Shown here one piece after another: positions 8,659 through 21,323 of a DNA stretch of 64,000 nucleotides. The translations under genes were made by a program, and so were the position numbers. Position 1 is the stretch's first letter. Each line of letters opens with the position of its first letter. Source of the DNA: Candidatus Omnitrophota bacterium (lineage in GTDB: Bacteria > Omnitrophota > Gorgyraeia > 2-01-FULL-45-10); the NCBI GenBank assembly GCA_041650805.1, contig JBAZKM010000003.1:156439-220438 (forward strand). The letters are read 5' to 3'. The notes under the pieces were generated by a model. That model was given only the letters and a program-made list of their open reading frames with translations, was not told where the DNA came from and searched no databases.

Positions 8659-9875
8659 AGCTCGTGAAAGTCGGCTCAAAGCAGTTCCGGAAGCTGTGCG
8701 AGAGAAGCAGCTCGAGCAATAAGCGTGTCGCCGAGAGCGTACGCTCCATACTTGAGAACGTGAAGCTGTACGGCGACGATGCGCTCATAAGGTATACGCG
8801 GAAGTTCGATAAGGTTAAACTCGCCCCGAGGGACCTCAGGGTCTCCGCCTGCGAGATATCGGGCGCATACCAGGACATAAAGCCGGAATTCGTCACGACA
8901 TTCAAGGTCATAATAGAGAACATCAACAGGTTCTATAAGAAGCAGCTGAAGAAGTCGTGGAAGACCAAAGACGGCGACGGTGTGATACTGGGCGAAAAGA
9001 TCGCCCCTATAGATACGGTAGGGGTATATGTCCCGAGCGGCACGGTGCCGCTCGTATCGAGCGTCTATATGACCGTGATACCGGCAAAGATGGCGGGCGT
9101 GAAGAAGATAGTCCTGGTGACCCCGCCGAACGATTATAAGTCGGTGGACCCGCACATACTTGTAGTCGCCGACCTCTTAAAGGTGGACGAGGTCTATAAG
9201 GTCGGCGGCGCGCAGGCGATCGCGGCTATGGCGTTCGGGACGAAGACGATCCCGAGGGTCGACAAGATAGTGGGCCCCGGTAACGCCTATGTGACGGAGG
9301 CGAAGAGGCAGGTCTTCGGTTACTGCGATATAGACATGCTTGCGGGGCCGAGCGAGGTGGTCATCATCGCCAACCAGTTCTCCAACATAAATTACATAAA
9401 GGCGGACCTCGAGGCGCAGGCAGAGCATTTCATGGGGCTTGCCGTCCTGATAACGAATTCCAAGAAGATAGCCAAGATAGTCAAGAAGGAGACGTTCAAG
9501 GGATACGTAGTGCATGTCAAGAATATGGATGAGGCGGCCGACGTCGCCAATATGATCGCCCCGGAACACCTGGAAATATTGACGAATTCACCGGGCAGGA
9601 TCGTGAAGAGGATAAAGGACGCCGGCGCGATATTCCTCGGGCCGTATACACCGGTCGCGATAGGGGACTACGTAGCGGGACCGAGCCACGTCCTTCCTAC
9701 GGGCGGTAGCGCAAGGTTCTTCTCCGGCCTCGGGGTCTGTGATTTTTATAAGAGCACGCATATCATATCTTACACAAGGAAGGCCCTTGAAAAGGTGCGC
9801 GACCCGCTTGAGCGGATCGCCGGGATCGAAGGGCTCAAGAAGCACCTCGATTCGGTCAAAGTCAGGTTCGAGTAA
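8655..9875 (+). CDS. hisD: Histidinol dehydrogenase.
   Basis: GGAQAIAAMAFGT, PSHVLPTGGSARF; start overlaps the alaS stop (ATGA). Confidence 0.93.
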   Translation: MKLVKVGSKQFRKLCERSSSSNKRVAESVRSILENVKLYGDDALIRYTRKFDKVKLAPRDLRVSACEISGAYQDIKPEFVTTFKVIIENINRFYKKQLKKSWKTKDGDGVILGEKIAPIDTVGVYVPSGTVPLVSSVYMTVIPAKMAGVKKIVLVTPPNDYKSVDPHILVVADLLKVDEVYKVGGAQAIAAMAFGTKTIPRVDKIVGPGNAYVTEAKRQVFGYCDIDMLAGPSEVVIIANQFSNINYIKADLEAQAEHFMGLAVLITNSKKIAKIVKKETFKGYVVHVKNMDEAADVANMIAPEHLEILTNSPGRIVKRIKDAGAIFLGPYTPVAIGDYVAGPSHVLPTGGSARFFSGLGVCDFYKSTHIISYTRKALEKVRDPLERIAGIEGLKKHLDSVKVRFE

Positions 9876-9888
9876 AGGAGCTGATACG

Positions 9889-10503
9889 ATGCCAAAAACG
9901 ACACGCAGTGCCGCGATCAAACGCAAGACGAGAGAGACCGAGATAACGGGAAAGCTCACTATCGGCGGAGGCGGGAAGACGGATATAAATACCGGGATAG
10001 GGTTTCTCGATCACATGCTGACGCTCTTTGTCTTCCACGGTCTCTTCGACCTTACCCTTAAGGCAAAGGGCGACCTGAAGGTAGATATACACCATACCAA
10101 TGAAGATGCCGCCATATGCCTGGGGAAGGCCTTCAGGGAGGCCCTGGGCGATTGCAGGGGGATAAAGCGGTACGGCTCAAAGGAAGTGCCTATGGATATG
10201 GCATCGGCCAAGGTCACTGTCGATATAGGGGGCAGGTACGCCTTTCTGTGGCGGATCCCTGTAACGACAGCCCAGGAACAGACGGGCCGTGACGAGGGTT
10301 ATTCGCTCATGGACGGGAAAGATTTTCTCGATACGTTCGCCAAGAACGCGAACATCAACCTGCATATAGATGTGTATTCGGGAGAAGATGTGCACCATGT
10401 GCTCGAGGCGATATTCAAGGCGTTCGGGATCGCGCTGGATGAGGCGACACAGATCGATGCGCGGCGCAAGGGCGTACCTTCTACAAAAGGGACTATCGAC
10501 TAG
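9889..10503 (+). CDS. hisB: Imidazoleglycerol-phosphate dehydratase.
   Basis: IGPD motifs (RETEITGKLTIGGGG...GFLDHML...HHVLEAIFKAFG). The longer ORF from 9739 overlaps hisD; ATG 9889 gives a canonical ~204-aa protein. Confidence 0.9.
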   Translation: MPKTTRSAAIKRKTRETEITGKLTIGGGGKTDINTGIGFLDHMLTLFVFHGLFDLTLKAKGDLKVDIHHTNEDAAICLGKAFREALGDCRGIKRYGSKEVPMDMASAKVTVDIGGRYAFLWRIPVTTAQEQTGRDEGYSLMDGKDFLDTFAKNANINLHIDVYSGEDVHHVLEAIFKAFGIALDEATQIDARRKGVPSTKGTID

Positions 10504-11157
10504 ATGATAGCTATAATCGACTACGGGATGGGTAACCTGAGGAGCGTCCAGAAGGCGTTCGAGGTCACGGGCGCCGGGGCGAAGATCACCTCAAGGGCGG
10601 CCGACCTGGCGAAGGCGGAAAAGGTCGTATTCCCGGGCGTCGGCTCTTTTGGAGAGGCGATGGCGGAACTGAGGAGGCGTAAGCTCGTAGACCCGATAAA
10701 GGGTGCCATCGCAGAGGGCAAGCCGTTCCTCGGCCTCTGCCTCGGGCTTCAACTGCTTTTTGAACGGAGCGAGGAAGCGCCCGGCGTTAAGGGGCTGGGA
10801 GTGCTTAGCGGCAGGGTGAAACGTTTTAAGCCCGCAGTCCACAGCCCACGGCCCAATGCTCAAACGTTGAAAGTCCCGCATATGGGCTGGAATAGTATCA
10901 GCTTTCAGCTTTCAGCTTTCAGCTTTCAGCAAAATATCCTGAAAGGCATAGACAGAGGTTCGTACGTATACTTCGTCCATTCATATTACGTCGATCCGGA
11001 GGATAAGAGTGTGACGCTTACGACGACGGATTATGGTATCCGGTTCGTGTCGGGTATTTCGAAGGATAATCTATTCGGTCTTCAATTCCACCCGGAGAAG
11101 AGCCAGGATACAGGGTTGAAGATAGTGAAGAATTTTGTGAGGATAAAATGCAGATAA
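10504..11157 (+). CDS. hisH: Imidazole glycerol phosphate synthase, glutaminase subunit.
   Basis: GATase-1 with catalytic LGLCLGLQ and PHMGWN...FVHSY. Has an in-frame AGCTTTC heptamer array at 10896-10932. Confidence 0.93.
   Translation: MIAIIDYGMGNLRSVQKAFEVTGAGAKITSRAADLAKAEKVVFPGVGSFGEAMAELRRRKLVDPIKGAIAEGKPFLGLCLGLQLLFERSEEAPGVKGLGVLSGRVKRFKPAVHSPRPNAQTLKVPHMGWNSISFQLSAFSFQQNILKGIDRGSYVYFVHSYYVDPEDKSVTLTTTDYGIRFVSGISKDNLFGLQFHPEKSQDTGLKIVKNFVRIKCR
10896..10932. repeat. AGCTTTC x5 heptamer array inside the hisH coding sequence.
   Basis: tcagctttcagctttcagctttcagctttcagc, encoding SFQLSAFSFQQ between the GWN and FVHSY motifs. Confidence 0.85.
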
Positions 11158-11906
11158 TACCGGCAATAGACATAAGAGAAGGTAAAGTCGTAAGGTTGAT
11201 ACAGGGGGACGTGGGCCTTGAGACCGTCTATTCCGACTCGCCCGTCGCCATGGCGGAGAAGTGGGCGTCTTTCGGGGTCGGCCTGATCCATATAGTCGAT
11301 CTAGACGGCGCCCTCGAAGGATCGCTGAAGAATCTTCCTATAGTAAAAGAGATCGTCAGGAGCGTGAAAGCGAAGATAGAGCTGGGCGGCGGGATAAGGG
11401 ATGAAGCGACTATAAAGGCGGTCATAGACGCCGGTGTGGATAAGGTCATCATAGGGACGAAGGCGCTCGACGAACAATTCCTGGAAAAGGTGGCGAAGAA
11501 GTTCAGGGAGAGGATAATAGTCAGTGTCGATGCCAAAGAAGGTATGGTCCATTCCAGGGGGTGGGTATTCAAGACGAAGATAACCGCGGTCGATCTCGTT
11601 AAGAAGGCGGAGGGGCTCGGTATCGGCAGGATAAATTATACCGACATTTCGAAGGACGGCACGCTTGAAGGGCCGAACATAAAGAGCCTGCAGAAACTCG
11701 TGAATTCTACGGAGATCGATATAGTCGCGGCAGGCGGCGTCTCCACGATAGATGATATAAAGAACCTGAAACCGCTCGAGAAAGACGGCCTCGTGGGCAT
11801 AATCGTCGGTAAGGCGCTCTATGAGAATACGGTCGATCTCGCGGAAGCGATAAGGGTCTGCGGCGGTGCGGATCCGATGGTCAAAGGTCAAGGGGTAAGG
11901 GTCTGA
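11148..11906 (+). CDS. hisA: ProFAR isomerase (phosphoribosylformimino-AICAR-P isomerase).
   Basis: [17 protein letters not shown]..., a (beta/alpha)8 HisA. The C-terminal tail is encoded by GGGTAAG-type repeats (11880-11906). Confidence 0.92.
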   Translation: MQIIPAIDIREGKVVRLIQGDVGLETVYSDSPVAMAEKWASFGVGLIHIVDLDGALEGSLKNLPIVKEIVRSVKAKIELGGGIRDEATIKAVIDAGVDKVIIGTKALDEQFLEKVAKKFRERIIVSVDAKEGMVHSRGWVFKTKITAVDLVKKAEGLGIGRINYTDISKDGTLEGPNIKSLQKLVNSTEIDIVAAGGVSTIDDIKNLKPLEKDGLVGIIVGKALYENTVDLAEAIRVCGGADPMVKGQGVRV

Positions 11907-11910
11907 CGGG

Positions 11911-12687
11911 ATGCTTACAAAGCGTATAATACCGTGTCTCGATGTAAAGAACGGCAGGGTCGTCAAGGGCGTGAACTTCGTCAACCTTAAGGACGCGGGA
12001 GACGCCGTCGAGAACGCGCGTTTTTACGATCGCGAAAAGGCGGACGAGCTTGTATTCCTCGATATAACGGCCAGCCACGAAAGGCGTAAGACCGTTATCG
12101 ACCTGGTGAAGAAGGTGGCGGACAGCGTATTCCTGCCTTTCACCGTAGGGGGCGGCATAGGGACGATCGACGATATCAGGAGCCTCCTTAACGCAGGTTG
12201 CGATAAGGTCTCGGTCAATACCGCGGCGGTGAAGCGGCCTGCGTTCGTGAGGGAGGCATCGCGGAGGTTCGGCAGCCAGTGTATCGTCGTGGCGATCGAC
12301 GCAAAGCGGTCCACAGTCCATGGTCCGCGGTCCACAGGAAAATGGGAAGTGTATATTAACGGGGGACGGACACCGACCGGGATAGATGCGGTAAAGTGGG
12401 CAAAGAGGGCCGAGAAGCTGGGCGCAGGCGAGATCCTCCTTACGAGCATGGACTACGACGGCACTAAAGCGGGTTATGATATCGAGCTTACCGGTCGCAT
12501 AAGCGAAGAGGTCGGCCTCCCGGTCATAGCTTCGGGAGGGGCCGGAACGCTTGAAGATCTGTACGATGCGCTTTCGAAAGGGAAGGCCGATGCGGTGCTG
12601 GCCGCGTCTATATTCCACTTCCGGGAATATTCTATCCCGGAGGCAAAGAGATATCTTAAGGGAAAGGGTGTAAGGGTAAGGTTATGA
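11911..12687 (+). CDS. hisF: Imidazole glycerol phosphate synthase, cyclase subunit.
   Basis: [16 protein letters not shown]..., [19 protein letters not shown]. Contains a GTCCACG repeat segment (STVHGPRST) at 12308-12338. Confidence 0.93.
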   Translation: MLTKRIIPCLDVKNGRVVKGVNFVNLKDAGDAVENARFYDREKADELVFLDITASHERRKTVIDLVKKVADSVFLPFTVGGGIGTIDDIRSLLNAGCDKVSVNTAAVKRPAFVREASRRFGSQCIVVAIDAKRSTVHGPRSTGKWEVYINGGRTPTGIDAVKWAKRAEKLGAGEILLTSMDYDGTKAGYDIELTGRISEEVGLPVIASGGAGTLEDLYDALSKGKADAVLAASIFHFREYSIPEAKRYLKGKGVRVRL

Positions 12688-13067
12688 TAAAATTGACCGA
12701 GATGATAAAATTTAACGAGAAAGGGCTGGTCCCGGCGATAATACAGGACGAAAAGTCGGGCGAGGTCCTCACGCTGTGTTATATGAACCGTGAGGCGCTC
12801 GAAAAGACGTTCGAGGAGAAGAAGGTATGCGTCTACAGGCGCTCTAAAGGGCAGCTGATGATGAAAGGCGAGACGAGCGGCTGTATACAGAAAGTGAGGT
12901 CCGTCTGCATCGACTGCGAAGGGAACTCCCTCCTATTCAAGGTGGAGCAGGTCAGGGCCGGATGTCACGAAGGATACTTCACCTGCTACTTCAGGCAGGT
13001 GGATAAGGACGGGAATGTCAATATATCCTGCAAAAGGGTATTCGATCCGAAGGACGTGTATAAATAA
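12684..13067 (+). CDS. hisI: Phosphoribosyl-AMP cyclohydrolase.
   Basis: HisI signature [15 protein letters not shown] in a 127-aa protein; no fused HisE domain. Confidence 0.88.
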   Translation: MIKLTEMIKFNEKGLVPAIIQDEKSGEVLTLCYMNREALEKTFEEKKVCVYRRSKGQLMMKGETSGCIQKVRSVCIDCEGNSLLFKVEQVRAGCHEGYFTCYFRQVDKDGNVNISCKRVFDPKDVYK

Positions 13068-14548
13068 TGTACTATCCGGAAAAAGAAGAGTTCATGAAGC
13101 TGGCGAAGAAGGGGAACCTCATACCGGTATACCGTGAGGTCCTGGCCGATTTTGAGACGCCGCTGTCCGCCTTTGCCAGGATAGACAGGTCCGGCTATTC
13201 GTTCCTGCTCGAGTCCGTAGAAGGCGGAGAGAGGATAGCCCGCTATACCTTCCTCGGCAGCGCGCCATCGCTCGTCTTCTCGAGCAAGGGCAGGAAGATA
13301 GAGATAAAAGAAGGCAGGGCATCAAGAAGTTTCACGGCAAAGAAGGACCCGATAGAGGAATTGAAGGGGCTCCTCTCTGCTTACAGGTTCGTAAAGGTAA
13401 GGGGGCTTCCCAGGTTCTGCGGAGGGTTCGTAGGATTTTTCGGATACGATATGGTACGATTTATGGAGCGGCTTCCGGACAAGAATCCCGACGATCTCGG
13501 GATACCGGACTCCGTCTTCATGCTCACCGATACGCTTCTCATATTTGACCACGTCGACCATACGATAAAGGTCGTATCGAACGTCCATGTTAAGAATAAC
13601 GCCGGCGCGGCATATGACGAGGCCCTGGGAAAGATAGACGCCATAATAAGGGACCTGAAGTCCGTGCCCGGGAAGGGCGCGGCGTTCTCCCCGAAACAGA
13701 AGCCGGGGCCTATGGTGGTGAAGTCGAACATGACGAAGGCAGGGTTCGAGGGATCCGTAAGAAAGGCCAAGACATATATAAGAAAAGGCGACATAATACA
13801 GACGGTGCTATCGCAGCGGTTGAAGGTCTCGATAGGTGCGCGCCCGTTCGATATCTACAGGGCGCTCCGGTCCATCAACCCGTCCCCTTACATGTACTAT
13901 CTTAAACTGGGGGATTTTTCGCTCATCGGTTCGTCGCCCGAGATAATGGTCAGGTGCGAGAACGGGAATGTCGAGGTGAGGCCGATAGCCGGGACCAGGC
14001 CCAGAGGGAAGACGGAAGAGGAGGACCGGCATCTCATAGGGGAGCTCCTGGACGACCCCAAAGAGAAGGCCGAGCACATAATGCTCGTTGACCTCGGGAG
14101 GAACGACATAGGGAGGGTCTCGGACTATGACTCCGTAAAGGTCTCCGAGCTCATGACGGTCGAAAAATATTCGCACGTGATGCACATAGTGAGCGACGTC
14201 TCCGGCCGGCTCAGTAAGGGTAAGGATGCCTTCGATGTGATGCGCGCGACGTTCCCTGCAGGGACGGTCACGGGCGCGCCGAAAGTGCGGGCGATGGAGA
14301 TAATAGACGAGCTTGAGAATACAAGGAGGTCGTCATATGCGGGATGCGTCGGTTATTTCAGCTTTTCCGGGAACCTCGATTCCTGCATCACCATCAGGAC
14401 GATACTCGTGAAGGGGAAGACGGCTTACATACAGGCAGGGGCCGGCATAGTCGCGGATTCGAAGCCGGAGAAGGAATACCAGGAGACGCTGAATAAGGCA
14501 AAGGCGCTCCTCCGCGCGATCGAAATGGCGGAAAGGGGATTAGAATGA
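13067..14548 (+). CDS. trpE: Anthranilate synthase component I.
   Basis: 493 aa with a chorismate-binding-enzyme C-terminus ([24 protein letters not shown]). Confidence 0.93.
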   Translation: MYYPEKEEFMKLAKKGNLIPVYREVLADFETPLSAFARIDRSGYSFLLESVEGGERIARYTFLGSAPSLVFSSKGRKIEIKEGRASRSFTAKKDPIEELKGLLSAYRFVKVRGLPRFCGGFVGFFGYDMVRFMERLPDKNPDDLGIPDSVFMLTDTLLIFDHVDHTIKVVSNVHVKNNAGAAYDEALGKIDAIIRDLKSVPGKGAAFSPKQKPGPMVVKSNMTKAGFEGSVRKAKTYIRKGDIIQTVLSQRLKVSIGARPFDIYRALRSINPSPYMYYLKLGDFSLIGSSPEIMVRCENGNVEVRPIAGTRPRGKTEEEDRHLIGELLDDPKEKAEHIMLVDLGRNDIGRVSDYDSVKVSELMTVEKYSHVMHIVSDVSGRLSKGKDAFDVMRATFPAGTVTGAPKVRAMEIIDELENTRRSSYAGCVGYFSFSGNLDSCITIRTILVKGKTAYIQAGAGIVADSKPEKEYQETLNKAKALLRAIEMAERGLE

Positions 14549-15108
14549 TCCTCGTCATCGACAATTACGACTCGTTCACATATAACCTCGTCCAGTATCT
14601 GGGTGAACTGGGGGCGAAACTGGCTGTCTACAGGAACGACGCCCTTACGGTAGACCGGATAAAGAGGTTAAAGCCCTCGCGGATCGTCATTTCGCCTGGG
14701 CCCGGCCGTCCGAAGGATGCCGGCATATCCGAAGCTGTTATCGCCGAGTTCGGCAATGATGTGCCGATCCTCGGTGTCTGCCTTGGCCACCAGGCTATAG
14801 GAGAGGCCTTCGGAGGGAAGATAGTCGGCGCGAAATGCCTTATGCATGGCAAGACGTCGCTTGTCTATCACGACGGAAAGAAAATATTTAAAGGCGTGAA
14901 AAACCCGTTCGAAGCGACCAGGTACCACTCGCTCCTCGTGGAGAGGAAGAGCTTCCCTAAGGTCCTTAAGATCACCGCGGAGACGAAAGCGAAAGAGATA
15001 ATGGCCCTTGAGCACAGGCGGTACCCCGTATACGGCGTCCAATTCCACCCGGAATCTATATTGACAGGCGAAGGGAAACGCATATTGAAGAATTTCTTAA
15101 CCTTATGA
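14545..15108 (+). CDS. trpG: Anthranilate synthase component II (glutamine amidotransferase).
   Basis: [32 protein letters not shown]. Confidence 0.93.
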   Translation: MILVIDNYDSFTYNLVQYLGELGAKLAVYRNDALTVDRIKRLKPSRIVISPGPGRPKDAGISEAVIAEFGNDVPILGVCLGHQAIGEAFGGKIVGAKCLMHGKTSLVYHDGKKIFKGVKNPFEATRYHSLLVERKSFPKVLKITAETKAKEIMALEHRRYPVYGVQFHPESILTGEGKRILKNFLTL

Positions 15109-16157
15109 TAAGAGAGGCGATAGAAAAGGTCGTAAGGCGGATCGATCTTACCGAAGACGAGATGCGCGGGGTCTTCGGGGAGATCATGAGCGGCAAGGCC
15201 ACGCCTTCACAGATCGGCTCCTTCATCACGGCGCTCCGGATGAAGGGTGAAACGGTCGAAGAGATAACCGGCGCGGCGAAAGTGATGAGGGAAAAGTCAG
15301 CCAGGATAAAGACGCCCGGGAGCTCGATCGGTATGGACCGGGACGATATAAATATAGACGAAGAGACGATCATAGACACCTGCGGTACGGGAGGGAGCGG
15401 CACCAACACTTTCAACATATCCACGACGGTCGCCTTCGTCGTTGCCGGGTGCGGGCTCAAAGTGGCAAAGCACGGCAACCGGGCCGCATCCAGTAAATGC
15501 GGCAGCGCGGACGTACTTGAGGCGCTGGGCCTTAAGCTCGACAAGGGCCCGGAAAAGGTAGAGGCGTGCCTGCGGGAGGTGGGCATAGGTTTCATGTACG
15601 CGCCTCTCTTCCACGGGGCCATGAAATATGCCATAGAGCCGAGAAGAGAGATAGGCATCCGCACCATATTTAACCTGCTCGGCCCGCTCTCAAATCCGGC
15701 TAATGCGACCAGCCAGGTGCTCGGTGTTTACGACGCGCGCCTTACCGGGACCATAGCGACGGTCCTCAGGAACCTCGGCGCCAGGAGGGCATTCGTCGTG
15801 CACGGTATGGATACGCTGGATGAGATAACGATAACGGGGAAGACCATGGTCTCGGAGCTTAAGAACGGGAAGATAAAGACATATTATGTGACCCCGGAGA
15901 AATTCGGTATGAAGAGGGCCCCCATGGAGGAGATAAAGGGCGGGAGCGCGATCGAGAATGCCGAGATAGTCCTGTCCGTACTGAGCGGCGAACGGGGCCC
16001 GCGGAGGGATGTCGTCCTGCTCAATGCCTCCGCGGCGCTGGTCGCCGGTTCCAAGGCGAAGAATTTCAAGGATGGGATAAAGATGGCCGAAGAGTCGATC
16101 GACTCGGGCCGCGCCGTTGATAAGCTGCACCGGCTCATAGAGTTCACTAACCGATGA
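15105..16157 (+). CDS. trpD: Anthranilate phosphoribosyltransferase.
   Basis: [38 protein letters not shown]. Confidence 0.93.
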   Translation: MIREAIEKVVRRIDLTEDEMRGVFGEIMSGKATPSQIGSFITALRMKGETVEEITGAAKVMREKSARIKTPGSSIGMDRDDINIDEETIIDTCGTGGSGTNTFNISTTVAFVVAGCGLKVAKHGNRAASSKCGSADVLEALGLKLDKGPEKVEACLREVGIGFMYAPLFHGAMKYAIEPRREIGIRTIFNLLGPLSNPANATSQVLGVYDARLTGTIATVLRNLGARRAFVVHGMDTLDEITITGKTMVSELKNGKIKTYYVTPEKFGMKRAPMEEIKGGSAIENAEIVLSVLSGERGPRRDVVLLNASAALVAGSKAKNFKDGIKMAEESIDSGRAVDKLHRLIEFTNR

Positions 16158-16930
16158 TACTGTCGCGCATAGTAGAAGAGAAGAGGAAGGTGGTAGAGGA
16201 GGCGAAGCGGGCCAGGCCGCAGGATGAGCTCGTAAAAGAGGCGAATCAGATCTGCGTCAAGAGCACTTTCAGGAAGAATATAGCCCGGCCTCACCACATG
16301 AACCTTATAGCGGAGATCAAGAAGGCCTCGCCTTCGAAAGGCATCCTGAGGGGCGATTTCAACCCCGTTAAGATAGCCATAACCTATCAGGCGAACGGGG
16401 CGAGCGCGATATCCATACTGACGGATGAGCGTTTCTTCGAAGGGCGGCTCGATTACATAAAGAAGGTCAAGGAGAACGTCTCGCTGCCCATCTTAAGGAA
16501 AGATTTCATAATAGACGAATACCAGATATACGAGACGGTCGTCTCGGGCGCCGATGCCGTCCTCCTTATATGCGAGATACTGTCGTCCAACGAGATAACG
16601 GGGCTATACAACCTTGCTACTTCGCTCGGGCTCGACTGTCTTGTCGAGGTGCACAACGAAGAGGACCTTGAGAAGGCGGTAGCGACCGGCGCCGCTATCA
16701 TAGGGATAAATAACAGGGACCTCCATACTTTCAGGATAGATCTCGGGACGACACAAAAATTGATGCGCCTCATCCCTCCTCATAAGACGATAGTCTCGGA
16801 GAGCGGGATAAGGACATATGAGGATGTGATGTCCCTTAAGTCGATCGGGGTGAGCGCCGTCCTTATAGGCGAGGCGTTCATGGAGGCGGAAGATATAGCA
16901 GGGAAGATGCGGGAGATAATGAGGTATTAA
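16154..16930 (+). CDS. trpC: Indole-3-glycerol phosphate synthase.
   Basis: [34 protein letters not shown]. Confidence 0.92.
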   Translation: MILSRIVEEKRKVVEEAKRARPQDELVKEANQICVKSTFRKNIARPHHMNLIAEIKKASPSKGILRGDFNPVKIAITYQANGASAISILTDERFFEGRLDYIKKVKENVSLPILRKDFIIDEYQIYETVVSGADAVLLICEILSSNEITGLYNLATSLGLDCLVEVHNEEDLEKAVATGAAIIGINNRDLHTFRIDLGTTQKLMRLIPPHKTIVSESGIRTYEDVMSLKSIGVSAVLIGEAFMEAEDIAGKMREIMRY

Positions 16931-16939
16931 AAGCCATAT

Positions 16940-17560
16940 ATGATTAGAATAAAGATCTGCGGGATAACGAATAAGGAAGATGCGATACGGGCGACCGGGC
17001 TGAAGGTCGACATGCTCGGGTTCGTATTCTATAAAAGGTCTAAAAGGTATGTCGACCCGGCCACCGTGCGGGATATAGCCAATGAGCTGCCTCCGTCCAT
17101 AGGCCGCGTAGGCGTCTTCGTGGACGAGTCGGCGGAGAAGGTGCGCGAGATCGCGGAGGATGCCGATATAAATATGCTCCAATTCCACGGCGACGAAACT
17201 CCGGAATATTGCGCCGCCTTTAAGGATGGTTACAGGGTCATAAAGGCGTTCAGACTGAAAGACAGAAAAGGGCTGGAGAACGTGAACAGGTACGACGCGG
17301 ACCTCTACCTCCTGGACACATACGATAAAGATGCCGAAGGCGGGACCGGGAAGGTCTTTGACTGGAAGATCGCAGAGGATTACGAGTTCCTTAAGCCTAC
17401 GATACTCTCCGGAGGCCTCGATCCGAAGAACGTGACCAGGGCGATCCGTACGGTCTGCCCGTACGGTGTCGACGTGTCGAGCGGCGTGGAGAAGTCGCCC
17501 GGTAAAAAGGACTTTGAGCTCATGAAGCGGTTCGTAGAGGCGGTCAGAAAGGCGGAGTGA
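16940..17560 (+). CDS. trpF: Phosphoribosylanthranilate isomerase.
   Basis: [10 protein letters not shown]..., ~206-aa PRAI positioned between trpC and trpB. Confidence 0.9.
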   Translation: MIRIKICGITNKEDAIRATGLKVDMLGFVFYKRSKRYVDPATVRDIANELPPSIGRVGVFVDESAEKVREIAEDADINMLQFHGDETPEYCAAFKDGYRVIKAFRLKDRKGLENVNRYDADLYLLDTYDKDAEGGTGKVFDWKIAEDYEFLKPTILSGGLDPKNVTRAIRTVCPYGVDVSSGVEKSPGKKDFELMKRFVEAVRKAE

Positions 17561-18732
17561 TGTTACCTGATAAGAGAGGATATTTTGACGGTTTTGGCGG
17601 CAGGTTCGTCCCCGAGACGCTGATGGCGGCCCTTGCCGGGCTGGAGCGTGAATACAGGAGGGCGAGGTCCGATAAGCGGTTCAGGGCGGAGCTGGCATAT
17701 TACCTGAAGGAGTACGCCGGGCGGCCGACGCCTCTCTATCTTGCCGGACGCCTCACCGGGAAGGCGGGAGGGGCCAGGATATACCTGAAGCGCGAAGACC
17801 TCCTTCATACGGGCGCGCATAAGATCAATAATACGCTGGGCCAGGTGCTCCTCGCCGTGCGTATGGGCAAGAAGCGCATAATAGCGGAGACCGGCGCTGG
17901 GCAGCACGGGCTGGCTACCGCGACCACGAGTGCCCTCTTCGGCCTCGAATGCGAAATATTCATGGGTGAAGAGGATATAAAGCGGCAGTCGGTCAACGTC
18001 TTCAAGATGCGCCTCCTCGGCGCGAAGGTGACCCCGGTCCACAGCGGCTCAAAGACGCTGAAGGACGCTATGAATGAGGCGATGAGGGACTGGGTCACGA
18101 ATGTCCGCACTACCTATTACGTGATAGGTTCCGTCGCGGGACCGCATCCGTATCCGGTCATGGTCAGGGATTTCCAGTCGGTTATAGGCGTTGAAACAAG
18201 GAGGCAGGTCCGGGCTAAAGAAGGGAAGATGCCGGATTATATCGTTGCCTGCGTGGGCGGAGGCAGCAATTCCATGGGCATATTCTACCCGTTTTTGCAC
18301 AGTCGCGTTAAGCTGGTCGGAGTGGAAGCCGCAGGGCTTGGCCTCGGGACCGGTAAGCACGCGGCGACGCTCTCCAGGGGGTCTGTAGGCGTGCTCCACG
18401 GTTCGAAGAGTTATGTATTGCAGGATGGTGACGGCCAGATACGGATAGCGCACTCTATCTCGGCCGGCCTCGACTACCCCGGCGTGGGACCGGAGCATTC
18501 ATATCTTAAGACGACGGGCCGCGCGGAGTACGCAGCGGTTACGGATAAAGAGGCGCTGGAGGCCTTTGAGACGCTGACGAAGACCGAGGGGATAATACCG
18601 GCGCTCGAATCGTCTCACGCCGTCTATTATGCTATGCGGCTGGCGAAGCGGTTACCTAAGACGAAGACGATCATCGTATGCCTCTCAGGGAGGGGCGATA
18701 AGGATATCGACATCGTCCGCGGAGTTCTGTAA
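17557..18732 (+). CDS. trpB: Tryptophan synthase beta chain.
   Basis: HTGAHKINN (PLP lysine), [10 protein letters not shown], 391 aa. Confidence 0.95.
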   Translation: MMLPDKRGYFDGFGGRFVPETLMAALAGLEREYRRARSDKRFRAELAYYLKEYAGRPTPLYLAGRLTGKAGGARIYLKREDLLHTGAHKINNTLGQVLLAVRMGKKRIIAETGAGQHGLATATTSALFGLECEIFMGEEDIKRQSVNVFKMRLLGAKVTPVHSGSKTLKDAMNEAMRDWVTNVRTTYYVIGSVAGPHPYPVMVRDFQSVIGVETRRQVRAKEGKMPDYIVACVGGGSNSMGIFYPFLHSRVKLVGVEAAGLGLGTGKHAATLSRGSVGVLHGSKSYVLQDGDGQIRIAHSISAGLDYPGVGPEHSYLKTTGRAEYAAVTDKEALEAFETLTKTEGIIPALESSHAVYYAMRLAKRLPKTKTIIVCLSGRGDKDIDIVRGVL

Positions 18733-18750
18733 ATTTTTTGAGGAGATATT

Positions 18751-19173
18751 ATGACAGGAGTAAGCATAAGACCGAATCTGCAGTTCTCTGTACTATGTGA
18801 TGATGTGAGGCGCGAGGATAACGGGAAGTTCATGCTCCTCGGCCTTTTCGAAGCGATAAACGCTAAGACCTTCCCGGCAACGCACCATACGCTATTTGTG
18901 GTGAACCGGTGGTGCAAGGGCGAGGGCAGTTTCGTCCAGAGGATACGCATAGTCAACACGAAGGACAAGTCGCTCATCTTCCAGACGGACGACCAGCCGT
19001 TCGAGCTCGCCGATATCGACGCGCACCATACGCTTATATCGAAGTTCAATAACCTCGTCTTCCCCAATGCGGGAAAATACTGGGTCGAGGTCATGATAGA
19101 CGGGGATCTTCTTCTGAACTACCCGATCATGCTGCGGGAGATAAAACAGTCCGAGAACGGAAAAGAGATATGA
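18751..19173 (+). CDS. Hypothetical 140-aa protein inserted between trpB and trpA.
   Basis: Intact ORF with host-like codon usage and an RBS-like GAGGAG 7 nt upstream; no recognisable motif. Confidence 0.5.
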   Translation: MTGVSIRPNLQFSVLCDDVRREDNGKFMLLGLFEAINAKTFPATHHTLFVVNRWCKGEGSFVQRIRIVNTKDKSLIFQTDDQPFELADIDAHHTLISKFNNLVFPNAGKYWVEVMIDGDLLLNYPIMLREIKQSENGKEI

Positions 19174-19965
19174 AGAACAGGATAACCGCCAGGTTCAGGG
19201 CCCTGAAGGCGCGCGGGCAGAGAGCGTTCATAGCATATATAACGGCGGGTGACCCGGACCTTTCTGCGACCAGGGATATGGTGACGGAACTCGAGAGGTC
19301 GGGTGTAGATATCGTGGAGCTGGGGATACCCTTTTCCGACCCGATAGCGGACGGCCCGACGATCCAGGCGGCATCTCACAGGGCGCTCCGGAAGGGCGCG
19401 AGCTTAAGCAGGATATTCGGTATGGTGGCCTCATTGCGCAAGGTTACGGATATACCTATCGTCTTCATGACATACTATAATCCCGTGCTCGCGTACGGGC
19501 TGCGGCGTTTCGTAGCCGACTGCAGGCGTAAAGGGGTCGACGGCGTGATAGTCCCTGACCTCCCTTTTGAAGAGGCAACGGAACTTGTAAAGGCCGCCCG
19601 GGCGGTTGGGCTGGCGACGATACAACTGGTCGCTCCAACTTCTACCGGGGAGAGGATAAAGGAGATAGCGAGACGTTCCACAGGATTTATATATTACGTA
19701 TCGCTCACCGGGGTAACCGGCGCGCGCAAAGGCGTCCCGAAGGACCTTGCGGCCAGGGTGAAGGCCATAAAGTCCGTATCGAAAAGCCCTGTATCGGTAG
19801 GTTTTGGCGTAGCGACGCAGGAACAGGCCCGCGCGATCGCAAAAGTTGCCGACGGTGTCATAGTCGGCAGCGCTATAGTTAAGATTATCGAACGCAACCG
19901 GAAAGACAGGAAGGGGTTATTGTCGAGGGTTTCGAAATTTGCGGGATCACTGGCGAGGGCGGTGC

Positions 19966-19979
<14 letters not shown>
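19170..19979 (+). CDS. trpA: Tryptophan synthase alpha chain.
   Basis: AFIAYITAGDPDL, VELGIPFSDPIADGPTIQ, YYVSLTGVTG. Confidence 0.93.
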
Positions 19980-20906
<927 letters not shown>

Positions 20907-20910
<4 letters not shown>

Positions 20911-21320
20911 GGATCATGGCGCTCGACGTTGGGACCAGACGGATAGGGGTGGCCCTGAGCGATGAGCTTTTGATAACTGCCCAGGGGGCCGAGACGATAG
21001 AGAGAAAAGAGCCGGACCGTGACATGGCGCTCATAAAGGACTTTGCTTCGAAGAATTCGGTAGGCGAGATAGTGGTGGGGTTGCCGCTCAATATGAACGG
21101 CAGTTACAGCGCCAAGACCAAAGAGGTGGTGCAGTTCATGGACGGGTTGTCAAGGTCGGTGGGTCTGCCCATAACCACGTGGGACGAGCGGCTCACTACC
21201 GTCCAGGCCGAACGGGCGATGCTCGAGGCGGACCTGAGCAGGGCAAAGAGGAGGCGCCGCGCGGACAAGGTCGCCGCCCAGATCATATTACAGAGTTATC
21301 TCGACTCTAGAAAGAAATGA
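20907..21320 (+). CDS. ruvX: Putative pre-16S rRNA nuclease / Holliday junction resolvase-like YqgF.
   Basis: MRIMALDVGTRRIGVALSD...; ATGA overlap with the upstream stop. The longer ORF from 20790 is an overlap artefact. Confidence 0.85.
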
Positions 21321-21323
21321 ACG

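Noticed and set aside
10896-10932. Heptamer tandem arrays as a possible CRISPR array or phase-variation switch.
   Set aside because: The unit is only 7 bp with no unique spacers, so it is not CRISPR. The arrays are in-frame and read-through in essential genes, so an ON/OFF phase switch is implausible there. They are kept as SSR insertions.
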